Shown: positions 1-13,910 of the stretch, piece after piece
Numbering within the stretch: the first letter of the stretch is position 1
Layout of the letters: each line of letters opens with the position of its first letter
DNA from: Mobula hypostoma
Taxonomy: Eukaryota
Direction of reading: 5' to 3'
Assembly (NCBI RefSeq): GCF_963921235.1
Contig: NC_086097.1
Coordinates: 108,502,001-108,566,000, forward strand
DNA: 64,000 nt
Position numbers and translations under genes: made by a program
Notes under the pieces: generated by a model
What the model was told of the DNA's origin: nothing
What the model saw: only the letters and a program-made list of their open reading frames with translations
Databases searched by the model: none

Positions 1-69
1 GTGGAAGCAGCCTCTTTAGTCCACCTTGTCCATGTTAACTGAAGTGCTTATCTGAGCTACTCCTGTTTT

Positions 70-935
70 TGCTTGTGTTTTCCTCGCCCGCACCCACAGC
101 GATCACTCCCTCTGCGATTCCCTTGTCCATTCGTCCCTCCCCACTAATCTCCCTCCCTGTACTTATCTCTGCAGGAGGTCTAACTGCTACACCTGCCCAT
201 TCACCTCCTCCCTCTCTTCCATTCAGGGCCCAGGGCCCCAATCAGTCTTTCCAGGAGAAGTAACACCTCGCCAGTGAATCTGCTGAGGTTGTCTACCGTG
301 TCCCGTGCTTCCGATGTGGCCAGTGAGACCCATCATAAATTAGGGAACCGCTTTGTTGAACACCTCTGCACCATCTGCGGTAAACGGGACTTCCCGGAGA
401 TCAAACATTTTAATTCCAATTCCCATTCCTGTTCCGATGTGTTCATCTATGGCCCCCTCTTGTCCCAAGATGAGGCCACCCTCAGAGTGGTGGAGCAGCA
501 CTTTATATTCTGTCTGGGTAGCCTTCAACCTGATGGCATGAACATCGATTTCTTCTGGTAAACAAATTCTACCCCGCTCCTCTATTCCCCACTCTGATCT
601 GTCAGTTCTCATCTGCCTATTATTTCCCCCTGTGTTCCTTCCTCCTTCCCTTTCTCCTATGGTCCACTTTCCTCTCCTATCAGATTCCTTCTTGTCCAGC
701 CCTTCACCTTTCTCACCACCTGGCTTCACCGAGCACCTGCCAGCTAGTCTCCTTCCCCTCTCCCCACTTTTTTATTCTGGCATCAACCCCCTTCCTTCTC
801 AGTCCTGATGAAGGGTCTGGGCCCAAAATGTGTCTATTCATTTCCATAGGTGCTGCCTGACCTGCTGAGTTCCTCCAGCATTTTGTATGTTTTGCTTTGG
901 ATTTCCAGCATCTGCAGACATACTGGTGTTTCTGA
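70..935 (+). mobile_element. Penelope-like element 3' part (GIY-YIG remnant, pyrimidine-rich UTR, decayed hammerhead module)
   Basis: ORF 274-561 contains KLGNRFVEHL...HFNSNSHS...EQHFIFCLGSLQPDGMNIDF; cagtcctgatgaagggtctgggcccaaaa at about 800-828. Confidence 0.85.
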
Positions 936-939
936 TTAG

Positions 940-1600
940 CTAGTCCTGTTTGCCTACATTTGGTCCGTATCCCTCAAAACCCTTCCTATGGATATACCAG
1001 TCCAAATGTGTTTTAAAGTTTGTAATTGTACCAGCCTCTGCCACTTCCTCTGGAAGCTAGTTCCATACAACACCTTTCTGTGTGTGAAAAATCTGCCCCA
1101 CAAGTCCCCTTTAAATTCTTACTCCTGTCACATTAAACCTATACCCCTGGTTTTAGACTCCCCGGCCTTGAGGAAAAGGCTGTGACCTTCCACCTGATAT
1201 ATACCCCTCTTGATTTTATAACCCTCTATCAGGTCGCACGCCCCCCCCCCCCCCGGCAGCTTCCTTGACTCCAGAGAAAACAGTTCCAGTCTATTCAGTT
1301 TTTCTTTATAACTCAAGCCCTGGTGCCAGCAACATCCTTATGAATCTCTTCTGGACCCTCTCTAGCTTTATCACGTCCTTCCTACAGTTTGGTGACCACA
1401 ACGTCATGCAGTACTTAAAGTGTGGTCTCACTAATGTCTTAACGCAGTTGTAATATGCAATATGACAATTCAACCCTTGTATTCAATGCTCCAAGCAATG
1501 AAGGCAGGTACATCATACGCCGTATCACCTTGTCTATCTGTGTTGCCACTTTCAGGGAACTATGTACTTGCACCCCAAGGTGACTTTGTTCCACAGAGCC
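940..1600 (-). mobile_element. CR1 LINE 3' fragment
   Basis: Minus ORF MSYKEKLNRLELFSLE...DLIEGYKI, the CR1 ORF2 C-terminus. Confidence 0.8.
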
Positions 1601-3902
1601 ATGCCATTCTCTGTGTATTAACTTCCCTGTGTATCCAACGATATAAAAACCATAATTCTATAGACTAAAAAGACACACCAGATAATTGGAGACGAACAAG
1701 TCATCAGTTGCAGAAATTGAAACTGGAGGAATGGATTCCAGTTCACCCCGTGTTTCTTCCAAATTTGTTGATGTTCTTTGTCACATTCCGAATAAGCCTG
1801 AACTGCTCTCTATACTTATACCCTTTTCCACCACTTGGATTTCACATGCATATATTTTCATAGATATTCTTTTTACACACAAAGTCTAAAAGCATCTTGG
1901 AGACATAGTTCCACAGTTAATGTTGTAAAGCTAACTTCCTTGAGTACATAAAACTCCCAACTATAAACACATCAGTTATTGATATGCTAAGTCATTTGCT
2001 TCCATCTGGTCTACAAGCTTAGTCAACGTTGTTTGTTTTGAAACAAGCCAAATTAAACAACTCATTGTCAAATGCTGCATTCTTCAGCAATATATCAGAT
2101 GTAGTGTGATAGCATTTTACTTCTCACAGACAGAGTTTCTTCTAAGTACAGAGCTTGTTTGCAAAATCTGTTTTTAACTGCAAGCTGATTACTGCTTTTC
2201 ATATACATTCTAAAAGGAAGGCTAACTTCATTTATGACCAGCAGCTAAACAAAACAAGAAATTGGAAGTTTTCATCTGTTTGTGATCTTACAAGTCGCAG
2301 CTGCTGTATTTAAAAAGCAAGCTTAGCAGAGAACCAAGAATTGATTACCTTTCTGGGAAATGTTAAAGATTTTAAAAAGTTTTAAGATGCACAGAAAGCT
2401 GGATGGAGAAAAGAAAGGGAAGATTAGTAATAGACAACTGAATTCTCTTGAAATGACTCCTTATTCACATCTTTTCCAATCTTATCCCACCTATTTATCC
2501 TCCTTTGTCTGATGCCCAGAACTGGTCACAATACTACTGTTGCAGTCCAACTAGTACTTTATTCTGATTCAGCACAATCTCCTTATTATGTTGTGCAGCC
2601 TGGGAATTATGAAGAAACAAAACCATATTTTCTTCTTAAGGGTTTTCACAGTTTGTGATAGATCCATGTATGTGTCCTCCTTGGTGATAGGGCTACAAGT
2701 CCAGAAGGTGCTGTCAGAGTAACAGGACAAATAACTACCGCGCATTTTTATAGGTAGTGCATACTGCAGGTACTACAACTCAATAATTTAGTGGTTATTT
2801 TAGAATCAAACACTTTCTTACAGAATCTTCACATGCTAATTACATGATTACCATTAATGGCCAAGAAGCTTATTTTCACATTTTAAACAAATTAAGCACC
2901 AATTACCCAATTGTTATAGGATGCTAACTGGTAATTTTAGTGTCGCTTCTACCTATATGATAATGTCCAACAGTGAAATGTCACGAAGCTATAGCTGTGT
3001 TAGGAATAAATGTTTTGCATTGGCATCCCACAAAGAACAGTGGGCTGAATTTGTTGGCTTGAGTTGGAATCACTGACTCTTGGCCATTGAAACCACAGCG
3101 AGTCTCAGACTTCCATGCACATGCTGATTGTAGGAGTCCTGTAGCTGCTGAGGGATTGGAGATCACATTGATTTCAATGTCACTTCAGGCCTGAGGATTT
3201 GGAGACAAACGAAAGGCAAGTTTCTTCAATTAATTTATGCGTTTTAATTAACTTTAACATCTTTAAAGTGTATTTTAATGATTTAATAATTACACATTAT
3301 TGTTTTTAGATATTTCTCGATGTCAGAGATAGAAACCTTTGGAATATTTGATGAAAGGCAAAGTTCTGTCCTCAATAGTATCTTGAATCGGAAGATGTTT
3401 GGAGCACTCTAGGAGTGGGGTTCTGGAGCACTGTGTCTGAAACTTTATTGTCACTGAAGCCTTGCCATCCAGTTCAAGGATGTGGAGGGCTAGGGAGGTT
3501 CGCCCTTTGTACCTGAGTGAGGTGTGTGGAGATGTAGGCAGCAACTCCTGGTGACAGGCCGGGCCAAACAAGACCCAACACAATGAAATCTACAAGCAGA
3601 AAGGTGTGTTGGCAAGAATCTATTTGTGGAGTTCAGGATCATTTGCCATTTTATAGAAATTATCTGTCCTTTGAAACAATGGCATAACTTTTGTGTCCTT
3701 GGAATAGCTTTCGTACATTATCAGCTACCTTACTGCATAACCTCAAGCCATCAGCTTACTAAGTAGATCCATGAGTGTTAGAAACTGAGATAATTTATTG
3801 TTTCTGTGAGATAGATGATGGTACATAGAGTATGTCTTAATTGCATTGGGAATAGAAGATAATACCAGCCAGGTGAGTTAAACATGTCTTTTTCCATTAC
3901 AG

Positions 3903-4087
3903 GGAGCAGTCTCTGGTGTCCTTCTTGTGACTCCCAACAACATTATGTTCGATCCTCACAAGCATGATCCTTTAGTAAAAGAACATGGCTGCGCGGAGTA
4001 TGGCATCATGTGTCCCATGGAGGAGATCCTTTCTGCTGCTATGTACAAGGATGTTTTGGACAGTAAAATCAAAGAATCTTTGCCTCC
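3903..4087 (+). CDS. OXR1: OXR1 coding exon (GRAM-like region)
   Basis: Acceptor ttttccattacag| and donor |gtaag; 185 nt, phase 0 to 2; translates GAVSGVLLVTPNNIMFDPHKHDPLVKEHGCAEYGIMCPMEEILSAAMYKDVLDSKIKESLP, matching vertebrate OXR1 as recalled (GTVSGVLLVTPNNIMFDPHK...). Absent from the ORF track. Confidence 0.95.
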
Positions 4088-4386
4088 GTAAGAGCCAACA
4101 TTTAATCTCTGTTAACAATAATTTAATATAACATTTTTGTACTGTATTGGAGTTCATAATTAAAATTCCATACTTGGGGCCAAGAGGACCTCCCTTTCTT
4201 ACTAATAAAAAAAATAGCCATTTATTCAGAAATGTATGGCACAAGTGCATTTCATTCTATAATATCTAGTCCAATTGATTAAGAGCTCTCCAGGCTAATT
4301 CTAACTCATGACATGCCATACTACACCAAATGCTTGTCAAGTTTTGTTTTCTCTCCTTATTACCATTTCAGACAATCAGTTCTTGA

Positions 4387-4652
4387 AGCGTGGTAGCTTA
4401 GTGGTTAGCACAGTGCTTTACAGTTCTAGCGACCTGGGTTCATTTTCCGCTGCTGCCTGTAAGGAGTTGGTACATTCTCCCTGTGACTGCGTTGGTTTCC
4501 TCCGGGTGCTCCAAAGATGCGCCATTTGGTAGGTTAGTTGGTCGTTGTAAGTTGTCCTTTAATTAAGCTCGGGTTAAATCAGGGGTTGCTGGGCAACGTG
4601 GCTGGAAGGGCCAGAAGGGCCTATTCTGCACTGTATCTCAATAAATAAATAA
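4387..4652 (+). mobile_element. tRNA-derived V-SINE (HE1-like)
   Basis: A box (tagcttagtggtt), B box (gggttcattttcc), V core ggtttcctccgggtgctcc, and (aata)n tail. Confidence 0.8.
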
Positions 4653-6174
4653 TTATCTATTTGAGGACAAGAAAGGCAAGTAAATACTCATTGGTAGAAC
4701 TCCATGTGCAATAGTGGAAGAGGGACTCTGGAACCGCACTGCACATTGGCTAGATCAGGCAGATTTCCTAGCCTGCAAGGATCTGGTAGGTTTTCACAAC
4801 AATTCATTAGTTTCATATTAATTGTTATTGATGCTAGTGTTATTTACATAGCACACTAACAAAATTACTAATGAAATTATTAAAATGCTATTTTACTGAT
4901 GTAAATACCTGATTATTTTGGTAGCTTCACGTTCATTCAATGGTGTATTATTAAATGATACATTTTAATAGGATATTAACTCTGTGATATTCAGAGTTAT
5001 CAGTCAGAGATCAGCTTCACAGTTTAGTTAAAATAGATGCCATCTGGATAAAAACCAGAGATAGGGCCTTTATAAATAAGCTGCAGCATACCCAGATCCT
5101 GTAGGTTCACCGGAGTTAGATTTGCGTGTTTCCTAATATTGTCAAAATTACTGTGGATTAATCATTTAGTTTATCCTGAAAGTGACTAATATGCTTAAAC
5201 TTCAATTATACTGTTATAAACTTCTGAAAATACCAACAGTAAGCATTTTAGTACAGTTTTGCTTAAAAATGTTAAGTTAGCTTAACTTTAAATTGTAGAA
5301 TGTCAAATGTGCATTTTGTTTTTTTAAAATAAATTGCTATTACATTGATTACAGGAAAATAATTTGGGTTTGTAAAGCTTCAGTACACTTGTCCTCCAAT
5401 TAGTAAGAATGAGATGTTTATAAAAGCTTGTAGAACTTCAGTGTAAAGGAAAACCTTCCTATTAATATTGAATAGAACTTGGTCACTAACCTTCCTGTAC
5501 ACTAAACAAGCCATCACATCTGTGATGATGAAGGTGCTTTCCTAAACAAATCCCAGTTGCTTACATTTGACCCTCGAAACCTTTCCTATCCACAAACCTG
5601 TCCAATTGTATTTTAAATATTGTTATTGCAGCTGCCACTACCACTTCTTCAGTCAGCTTATGTTATATGGCTACCCTCTATGTTAAAATATTTCCATTGG
5701 ACCATGGGGAAATTGGATTGATAGATAAAAGTTTAATCCTATTTACTTAAATAACTGAACCTGAATTCTTTAAAATGGTCATAGAGTATTTAAAAGGGTA
5801 ACTTAGGAAATTAGAGGCTGCAACTGGCAGGATAGGCTGCAACCTTTTCTTGGGGCCTTTTCTCAAGATGAAGATCTGAACAATTACCTGATCGCATCCT
5901 TTAAAGTTAGGACTATTTTTTCCCGGGTAGACAGGGTGTTTGCTTCCAGGATGTGACATAGCCCGTGCATACCAGCCATCGCCATCCCTGAAGAAATAGT
6001 TAATGATTTCAGGTGAAAGTTCCTGATCTGTGGTACTCTGCGACTGGTATTGTAGCAGTTACATTGAACTGATCATCCAGAGGCCCAGTCTAATGATCCG
6101 GAAGCACATGCAAATCCCACCATGGCAAGTGTGAAATTTAAATTAGATGTGGAATAAGTTAATATCAGTAAAGC

Positions 6175-6252
<78 letters not shown>
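6175..6252. repeat. (CA)n microsatellite flanked by (TA)n
   Basis: 30 perfect CA units at 6181-6240. Confidence 0.98.
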
Positions 6253-7519
6253 GATAAAAAAACCATTTAACAGAATAACAAATTATGTATTTAAGTAACA
6301 TAGAGAATAAATGAGAGCACTATCAATACAACTACAGTACTATAAAATAGTGTGTTAATTCATAATAGTTATCAACGGAGGATTTCATCCAGTGCATTCT
6401 TTTAATTGGTTGCAATTGAACAAAATCAGTGCCGACACCCAGTGCAGATAACGGACTGCCTTCACACAATGCTGCTGACAATTACATCCTCCAAATCTTC
6501 ACATTTTCAGAATTGATTTACAAGCTGGTTCTTTATTGCAAATCCAACACCTTGGATCCTGGGCTCAGCAGCTGCCTTCCCTTTCTAGAGAAGGGTGTAA
6601 CTACCCTTCTCCTCCTTTAGTTGCCTTTCTTCTGCCAGATGGGTTTCAGAAAGAGCAGCTATGTCAATCTATCAACCTGACATCTCAGTTCTCTGCAGTG
6701 GTTGCAGTTGTCCCCTCTGGTTCATCATTGGTTGCACTACTAAGTTAGCAAATTTCACGACACATGCCAGTGATAATAAACCTGATTCTGACTCTGATTC
6801 TATTAATCAGTGTTCACACATTCCAGGTTCCTTGGGTCACGTTTCATCGTTTCTGACCCTTCTTGATCCCTCTAGACACAGTAATCTGGTTAGCAGGTTT
6901 TGAAGACCCTTTTTCCATTCCCTTCCCCAAGTGGGAAAGCAGAGTGGATCCTAAATAGGGCTGTTTAGTCATGGTGAAGGAAGGGCCCTTTCTCCCTTAG
7001 ACCGAGAGGCCAGCAACTGATCAAACACCCACCGCCCAATGTCTTGGGGATTCCAGACCTCACATTCCTTCCTACTTCACCACTTGCTGATCACCAGGGG
7101 ACTTAATCCCGGATACTGGGGTGGGTTCCCTTAATGGAGAACACCTGTGCATGATTCAATCTAATGTGGGGAGGCTGATGCATGAGCAGCCACCACAGGG
7201 TCCTTGACAGATTGGGGTCAGGGGTCAGTGTCCAGTGGCATGGTGTGCAAGATGACCATGTCCTTTCACTGCTGCAGCATTCCTCTGCATTCACTGCTGC
7301 TGTGATGCACCAGCTCCATCATTGAGGTCTTGGTTGGATCACTGTTTGTCCGGAGACTCGCCCCTGACCTTATTGCCATTGGTGATCCTACCAGGAGCTA
7401 AACTCTAAATGGTGTCACTCTCTGGAGCTCAGGAACTCACAAGCCTTTCTTCCACAAAGACGGCCATCCCTCCCTTGGCAGCATTCTCTTCTCAAAAGCA
7501 GACATTTACTCGGAGATAA

Positions 7520-7710
7520 TCCACTGCCTGAGTCATGCCTCTGGAGCCTATGCAAGATAAAGGAAAAGAGTCTTTGAAGACTGCACCCTACGGGTCCAAA
7601 CAAAGCTTTTGGTCTATCGAACAGTCATACTTCCTAGTACATTACTGTGTGGAGCTAAGTGATGAATCATTTACACGAGGCACCTGAAAGCCCTGGAACA
7701 GTATATGGGA
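7520..7710 (+). mobile_element. RTE-clade LINE RT C-terminal fragment
   Basis: Degenerate KLLVYRTVILP...RHLKALEQY motif. Confidence 0.55.
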
Positions 7711-8079
7711 AAATCCTTATGATAGGAGGTGCAGGAGGCTGAAGGAACAGCTTCCCCTTCACCAAAAGATTTCTGAATGGTCCATGAACCCATGCTCTCA
7801 GATGTTGACTCTTAAGGAAGGAATTCGTCAGATTTAAAGTGTCATATATTCAATGTTTGTTTTTCTCTGAAATATAAATATGTGAAGGTTTTCACAATTT
7901 CTCACCTTCCTAGTAACATTCTGTGTCATTTTCAGGTTTATATATTGTAGATCTGTTCAAGTTGTTCCATTCGTAGTCTTAGTTACTTGAATCCTGAATT
8001 AAATACCCACACATTTGAGATGGCTTGGAACAACACTGATGAGGTCATGTTAATCCAGAGACTGGTCAACATTGTCAAA

Positions 8080-11000
8080 GTACTGAAAAATTATTTGGAC
8101 ATCCCCTAATGCCTACACCTTGATAAGGATCCTACTCTGGACCATCAGAAAACTGTCCGACACCATCACTGACCTCATCAACTCTGGAGACCTTCCATCC
8201 ACTGCCACCAAACTCATAGTTCCCTTACCGTTTCTCGCTTCCACTTCCTACCCAAGATCCACAAACCTGACTGTCCAGGTAGACCAATTGTCTCTGCTTG
8301 CTCCTGCCCTGCTGACCTCATGTCCTCATATCTTGACTCTGTTCTATCCCACTTGGTTCACTCCCTTCCCGCCTACACCCGTGACACTTCTTATGCTTTG
8401 GATCTCCTCAGTAACTTTCAGTTTCCTGGCCCAGACCACCTCATTTACACCATGGATGTCCAGTCCCTATACAGTTCTATGCCCCATCAAGAAGGTCTTA
8501 AAGTTCTCTGCTTCTTCCTCAATTAAAAAAAAATCAGTACCCCTCCACAATCACCATCCTCTGTCTGGCAGAACTGGTCCTCACCCTGAACAATTTCTCC
8601 TTTGGCCCCTCCCAGCTAAGCCTGCTTTTTCATTGACCACATAGAACAGTCCATGTTCCAAGCCTTCCCTGGCAATGCTCCCCAACTCTTCCTCCGCTGC
8701 GTTGATGACTGCATTGGTGCTGCTTCATGCACACATGCTGAGCTTGTCAATTTCATCAACTTTTTAACCAGTTTCCACCCTGCCCTTCAATTCAGTTGGT
8801 CCATTTCGGACACCTCTCTTCTTTCTTGGATCTATGTGGCTCCATCTCTGGAGACAAACCGTCCACCAACATCATTTATGAACAAACTGATTCCCATGGT
8901 TATCTTGACTATACCTCTTCCCACCCTATCTCCTGTAAAAATAATATTTACTTTACTCAGTTCCTTTACCCCAGGGATGTCCTCCTTTCAAGAACAAGGT
9001 TTCACTCCCTCCTCTATTCATGATTCCCTCACCCACATCTCCTCCATTTGTGCAATTATCTGTGCTCACTCCCTCTTCCCATCACCAAAACAGTGATCAG
9101 GTTCCTCTTGTCCTTATGTACCACCCTGTAAGCCTCTGCATCTAACACTTCATTCTTCACAACTTTCACCATCTCCAAAGGAATCCTACCACCAAACATA
9201 TTTACCTCCTCCCCCACCCCCGCACCTCCACTGTCCGCAAGGATCGCTCCCTCCATGATTTCCTTGTTCATTTGTACCTCCCCATTAGTCTCCCTCCCGG
9301 CACTTATCCCTGCAAGTGGCCCAAGTGCTACACCTGTCCATTCAGCTCCTCCCTCACCTCCATTTAGGGCCCCAAACAGTCCTTCCAGGTGAGGCAACAA
9401 TTCACCTGCGAATCTGCTGGGGTCATCTATTGTGTCTGGTGCTTCTGATGCAGCCCCTCTACATTGGTAAGAGGTATCGTAAACTGGGGGGGGGGGGGGG
9501 CTGCTTCATTGAGCACCTCCGCTCTATTGGCCAAAAACGGAAATTCCTGGTAGCTAAACTTTTTAATTCCAATTCCCATTCCCATTCGGACATGTCAGTC
9601 CATGGCCTCTTCTTGTGCCACAATGAGGCCACCCTCAGGGTAGAGGAACAACACCTTATATTTTGTCTCAGTATCCTCCAACCTGATGGCACGAAGTTTG
9701 ATCTCTCCTTCTGGTTAAAAAAAAAATCCGTCCCCCTCCCCTCTTCTTCTATTCTTCACTCTGTCCTCTTACAGTGGTGCTAGAAAGTTTGTAAACCCTT
9801 TAGAATTTTCTCTGTTTCTGTGTAAGTATGACCTAAAATGTGATCAGATCTTCAAATAAGTCCTAAGACTAGATAAAGAGAACCCAATTAAATTAAAAAA
9901 ACAAAAATATCATTATACTTGTTCATTCATTTATTGAGAAAAAAGATCCAATATTACATGTATTTATTGGAAAAAGTATGTGAACCTCGAGGATTATCAG
10001 TTCATTTAAAGTGGAAATTAGAGTCAGGTGTTTCAGTCAATGGGATGACAATCAGGTGCGAGTGTGGGAGGCCCTGCCCTATTTGAAGAGCATAAACCTG
10101 GGTCTTCACTATCAAAGTCTGATCTTCGCCGCACAGGTTTTTGGAAGTGTGCCATGCCTGGATTGAAGCGGCCTCAGGAAAAAGAGTAGTTGATGCTCCC
10201 TAGGCTGGAAAAGGAGACAAAACCATTTCCAAAGTGTTTGGGCTTCACCAATCCATAGATAGGCAGGTGGTGTACAAATGGAGAAATTCAACACCATTGT
10301 TATTCTCCCCAGGAGTGGTCAACCAACAAAAATCACTCCAAGAGCAAAGCATGTAATATTTCAGGAGGTGACGAAGAACCCCAAAGTAACATCTAAGAAG
10401 CTGCAGGCCTCTCTTGCATTGGCTAATATCAGTGTTCATGAGTCTACCATCAGGCATACCCTGTACACAGTGGTGTTCATGGCAGGATTGCAAGAAGAAA
10501 GCCGCTACTCTCCAAGAAGGTCATTACTGACCATCTAGAGTTTGCTAAAGACCACGTGGGTAAGCCAGAAGGCTATTGGAAAAATGTTCTGTGGACCAGT
10601 GAGTCCAAAATAGAACTTTTTGGCTTAAATGGGAAGCATTACATTTGACGAAAAGCAGACACTGCATTCCACCTCATCCCATCTGTGAAACATGCTGGTG
10701 GCAGTGTCATGGTCTGGGCCTGCTTTGCTGCCTCGAGACCAGGGCTGCTTGCCATCATTGATGGAGCTATGAATTCTGAATTGTACCAACAAATGTTGCA
10801 GGAAAATGTCAGGGTATCTGTCCGTGAACTGAAGCTCAAGAGGAAGTGGGTCATGCAGCAGGACAACGACCCTAAACACACAAGTCAGTCCACCAATGAA
10901 TGGTTAAAGCAGAAGAAATTTCACGTTTTTGAATGGCCAGGTCAAAGTCCTGAACTTCATCCCATAGAAATGTTGTAGAAGGACCTGAAGCAAGCATTTC

Positions 11001-11670
11001 ATGCAAAGGAAGCCCACCATCATCCCAGAGTTGAAGCAGTTTTGTAAGGAGGAATGGCCTAAAATTCCTCCAAGCTGATGTGTAGGACTGATCAACAATT
11101 ACCGGAAACATTTGATTGAAATTATTGTTGTACAAGGGGGTCACATCACTTACTGAAAGCAAAGGTTCACATACTTTTTCCAACGAATACATGTAATATT
11201 GGATCATTTTTCTCAATAAATAAATGAAAAAGTGTGTTTTTCTGTTATTTATTTAATTGGGTTATCTTTATCTGGTTTTAGGATTTACACGATCACATTT
11301 TAGGTTATATTTATGCAGAAATAAAGTTCTAAAGGGTTCACAAACTTTCTAGCACCACTGTACCTCTTCTCATCTGCCTATCATTTGCCCCGTGGGGGTC
11401 CCCGCCTCCCTCTCTTTCTCCTACGGTCCACTCCTCTCCTATCAGATTCTTTCCTCTCCATCTCTTTACTTTCCCTCCCACCTAGCTTCACCTATCACCT
11501 TCGAGCTAACCTCCTCCTCCTCCCCTCACCTTTTTATTCCGGCATCTTCCCTCTTCCTTTCCAGTTTTGAAGAAGAGTCTCAACCTAAACTGTTGACTGT
11601 TTATTCATTTCCATGGATGCTGCCTTACCTGCTGAGTTCCTCCAGCATTCTGTATGTGTTGATTTGGATC
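8080..11670 (+). mobile_element. Penelope-like retroelement (Neptune-type, RT + GIY-YIG), pseudogenised and split by a Tc1
   Basis: RT motifs IYTMDVQSLYSSMPHQEGL and FLRCVDDCIG; Cys linker YPCKWPKCYTCP; GIY-YIG FTCESAGVIYCVWC; the 3' UTR resumes at 11361 and ends in a decayed hammerhead module. Confidence 0.9.
9772..11360 (+). mobile_element. Full-length Tc1 transposon (IR/DR type) with dead transposase at about 10154-11156
   Basis: TA-CAGTGGTGCTAGAAAGTTTG...CAAACTTTCTAGCACCACTG-TA; TIRs of about 215 bp with inner direct repeats; motifs LPRSGQPTKITPR, KHAGGSVMVWACF, QQDNDPKH, SPELHPIE; stops and frameshifts present. Confidence 0.96.
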
Positions 11671-12104
11671 ACCTTCCTCTCAAAGTGAAAGTAATGACAC
11701 AATGGCAAAAGTCAGCCGCTATGCATTTAAGATTCTGGGTCACAGAGTATAGAGTAATCTCTCTAAAATGTTAATGCTACTTAAAGTTGAGAACTTGTAT
11801 TTCTATTTGTACCACTAGGCAATATCAGAATAGTTTCTGATCTCACTAACTTGGTTTGTATGTTGGTTTCATAGCGTTTTTATAGAAAATGAAAATCATT
11901 AAAAATAAGTTTTTTAATAGGACTAAATATGGGTAGTTCAGAGCTGAGTAAAGCAAAATGTCCAGGAATCAAAAACATGACATCTGCAGTTCAGTTGTAT
12001 ATTGGAAGCAGTCTGGAAACCATAAATAGTCTAAAGAGTACAGCTACAGAAATATGCCTAATTGAAGGTTCACTTGTATTTGACAATTTTTTCTTTTCTA
12101 TTAG

Positions 12105-12883
12105 AGAACTAAAATATTCTGCATCAATCAAAGATGTACATCAATTACACCAGATTACAAGCAATACAGAAGAGATTGATTCCAAATTACGAGACACAGG
12201 GAACGACAGCACTAGTACAGCACCCCGAAGCACAGAGGAGTCCTTGTCTGAAGATGTATTCACTGAATCGGAACTCTCCCCTATTCGAGAGGAGCTGATG
12301 TCTTCTGATGAGCCTCGGCAAACAAAATCATCAGGAGCCTCTTTGGAATCTGTGCAAACAATAAACCAGGCTGCTCTGGAAGGATGCCTCTTGCCTTCAT
12401 CTGTGGAGGTGCCAGAAACTAATGATGAAAAATTATTGACTCATACTGATGACATTCCAGCTAGCAAAGCAGTTGAAGTAAAGGGAAATGGACACCAAAC
12501 TGTGGAAAAATCTCTGAGCGACGGCAGCACTGCTGATTCTGGTGCACATCAAAGGGAGGGCGAGCAGCGTCCCCCTGATAGTCATAATGTCAGCAGTGAG
12601 CACCAAGACGCTGAAGCTAATGAACTAAATGTAGCAAACAGAACAACTCCGACTGCACTTGCTTTGGATTCCTCAGAGGTGTGCGAGCAAGAGAGCACGG
12701 ACGAGACAAGGAAATCGGGGGAACGGTGTGCTCGGGATTCAGAGACTGAGGTGGAGGAGCTGCGAAAGCTGTGGAAGACTCATACTATGCAACAGACCAA
12801 GGAGCAAAGGGAAACGGTACAACAGGCTTCCAACAAAGAAGTCAGGCAGAAAACTGGGCAAGTTACAGAAGGATCTCTAGAAG
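12105..12883 (+). CDS. OXR1: OXR1 large central coding exon
   Basis: Acceptor ttcttttctattag| and donor aag|gtacac; phase 2 to 1; contains STAPRSTEESLSEDVFTESELSPIREEL and EELRKLWKTHTMQQTK, which indicate OXR1 rather than NCOA7. Confidence 0.95.
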
Positions 12884-13599
12884 GTACACTTTCCTAATAA
12901 AATCATTGTACTCATGTTGGCATTATGACACAGATTGTTGTGGGGGATAGGTCGGGAAGAACTGATGGGTAAGTTATATGAGGTGTAGTAAAAAGTATCT
13001 GATGAGGTACCTGGTAAAAGGATATGACATTAAGTGAGGGCTCATGGTGTGAACAGATAAAGAATTACTTACAAAACAGCTTGCTTTAAGGTTGGCTGGC
13101 TGTTTGTCTGCAGTAGGCATCTGTACTTTGCCTGCATTTACATTTTATGTTATTGCTATTACATGTAACATATCTACATTTGTTGATTATACAAGGCAAG
13201 GTGTGAGGACAACAGAGGTCTAGAAATTGGTTGGCCTATTAGCCAGTTCCTCACATGCAGGAAGGCCTTTCCTGTTGAAGGAAATTGGACACAATGCAGG
13301 GCTGAGACACAGGGAAAGAGGCAGAGAGTGGTGAAATGGCTGGAGGTTGAGTAACCACTCATTGGTCAGTAGGGGGAAATTAGAGTGAGACTATCTTGTT
13401 TAAAAAAGAGAAAGGTTGGATGAACAGCAGGCGTGTTGGATAAGTCTCTGAGGTGATGTTACTATAGCGGGAGGGTGGGGTGGTCATAGTGGGTGATGGG
13501 CAGAGATCCGGTCAACTAGTGTAATGAATCCAGTTAGCCTGGCGTGCGTGTGTGTGTGTGGGGAGGGGAACGCACATGTTTAGAGTAAAAAGTTAACAA

Positions 13600-13910
13600 A
13601 AGGAAAGAAAACCTAGGTGGACCAGTGGGAGTGGGGAAAAGTTGTGTTACTTAATACTGGAAAATTCAATGTTCCTACCATTGGGAGGCAGGGTATGCAA
13701 CCAATAGCTCAAGGTGGCCATTGTGATGAGAGTGCAGATTCTCCATAAAAACGGATTCTCCATAAAAACGGCTGCCTGCTGTATGCTTGGTCTCGCTACT
13801 GAGGAGGGAAAAAACCTGAATCTCAGGAGAATGGTTGTGACAGAGACAAGGAAACTGAGGGAAAAGCATGGCATCCTTGCAGAGAACAGGGTGAGAGGAG
13901 GTGGGTCTTA
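13600..13910 (-). mobile_element. Old Penelope-like fragment
   Basis: Minus translation SSHPVLCKDAM... and PNGRNIEFS, matching the other PLE copies. Confidence 0.6.

Noticed and set aside
2360..2512. Short ORF MLKILKSFKMHRKLDGEKKGK as an OXR1 exon
   Set aside because: No recognisable OXR1 homology and no convincing donor site.
4387..4460. tRNA gene
   Set aside because: The A/B boxes run into a V-SINE core and tail; it is a SINE head.
11929..12104. N-terminal part of the 322-aa ORF as a standalone gene start
   Set aside because: OXR1 similarity begins after the acceptor at 12104, whose phase matches the upstream exon; the extension is open intron.
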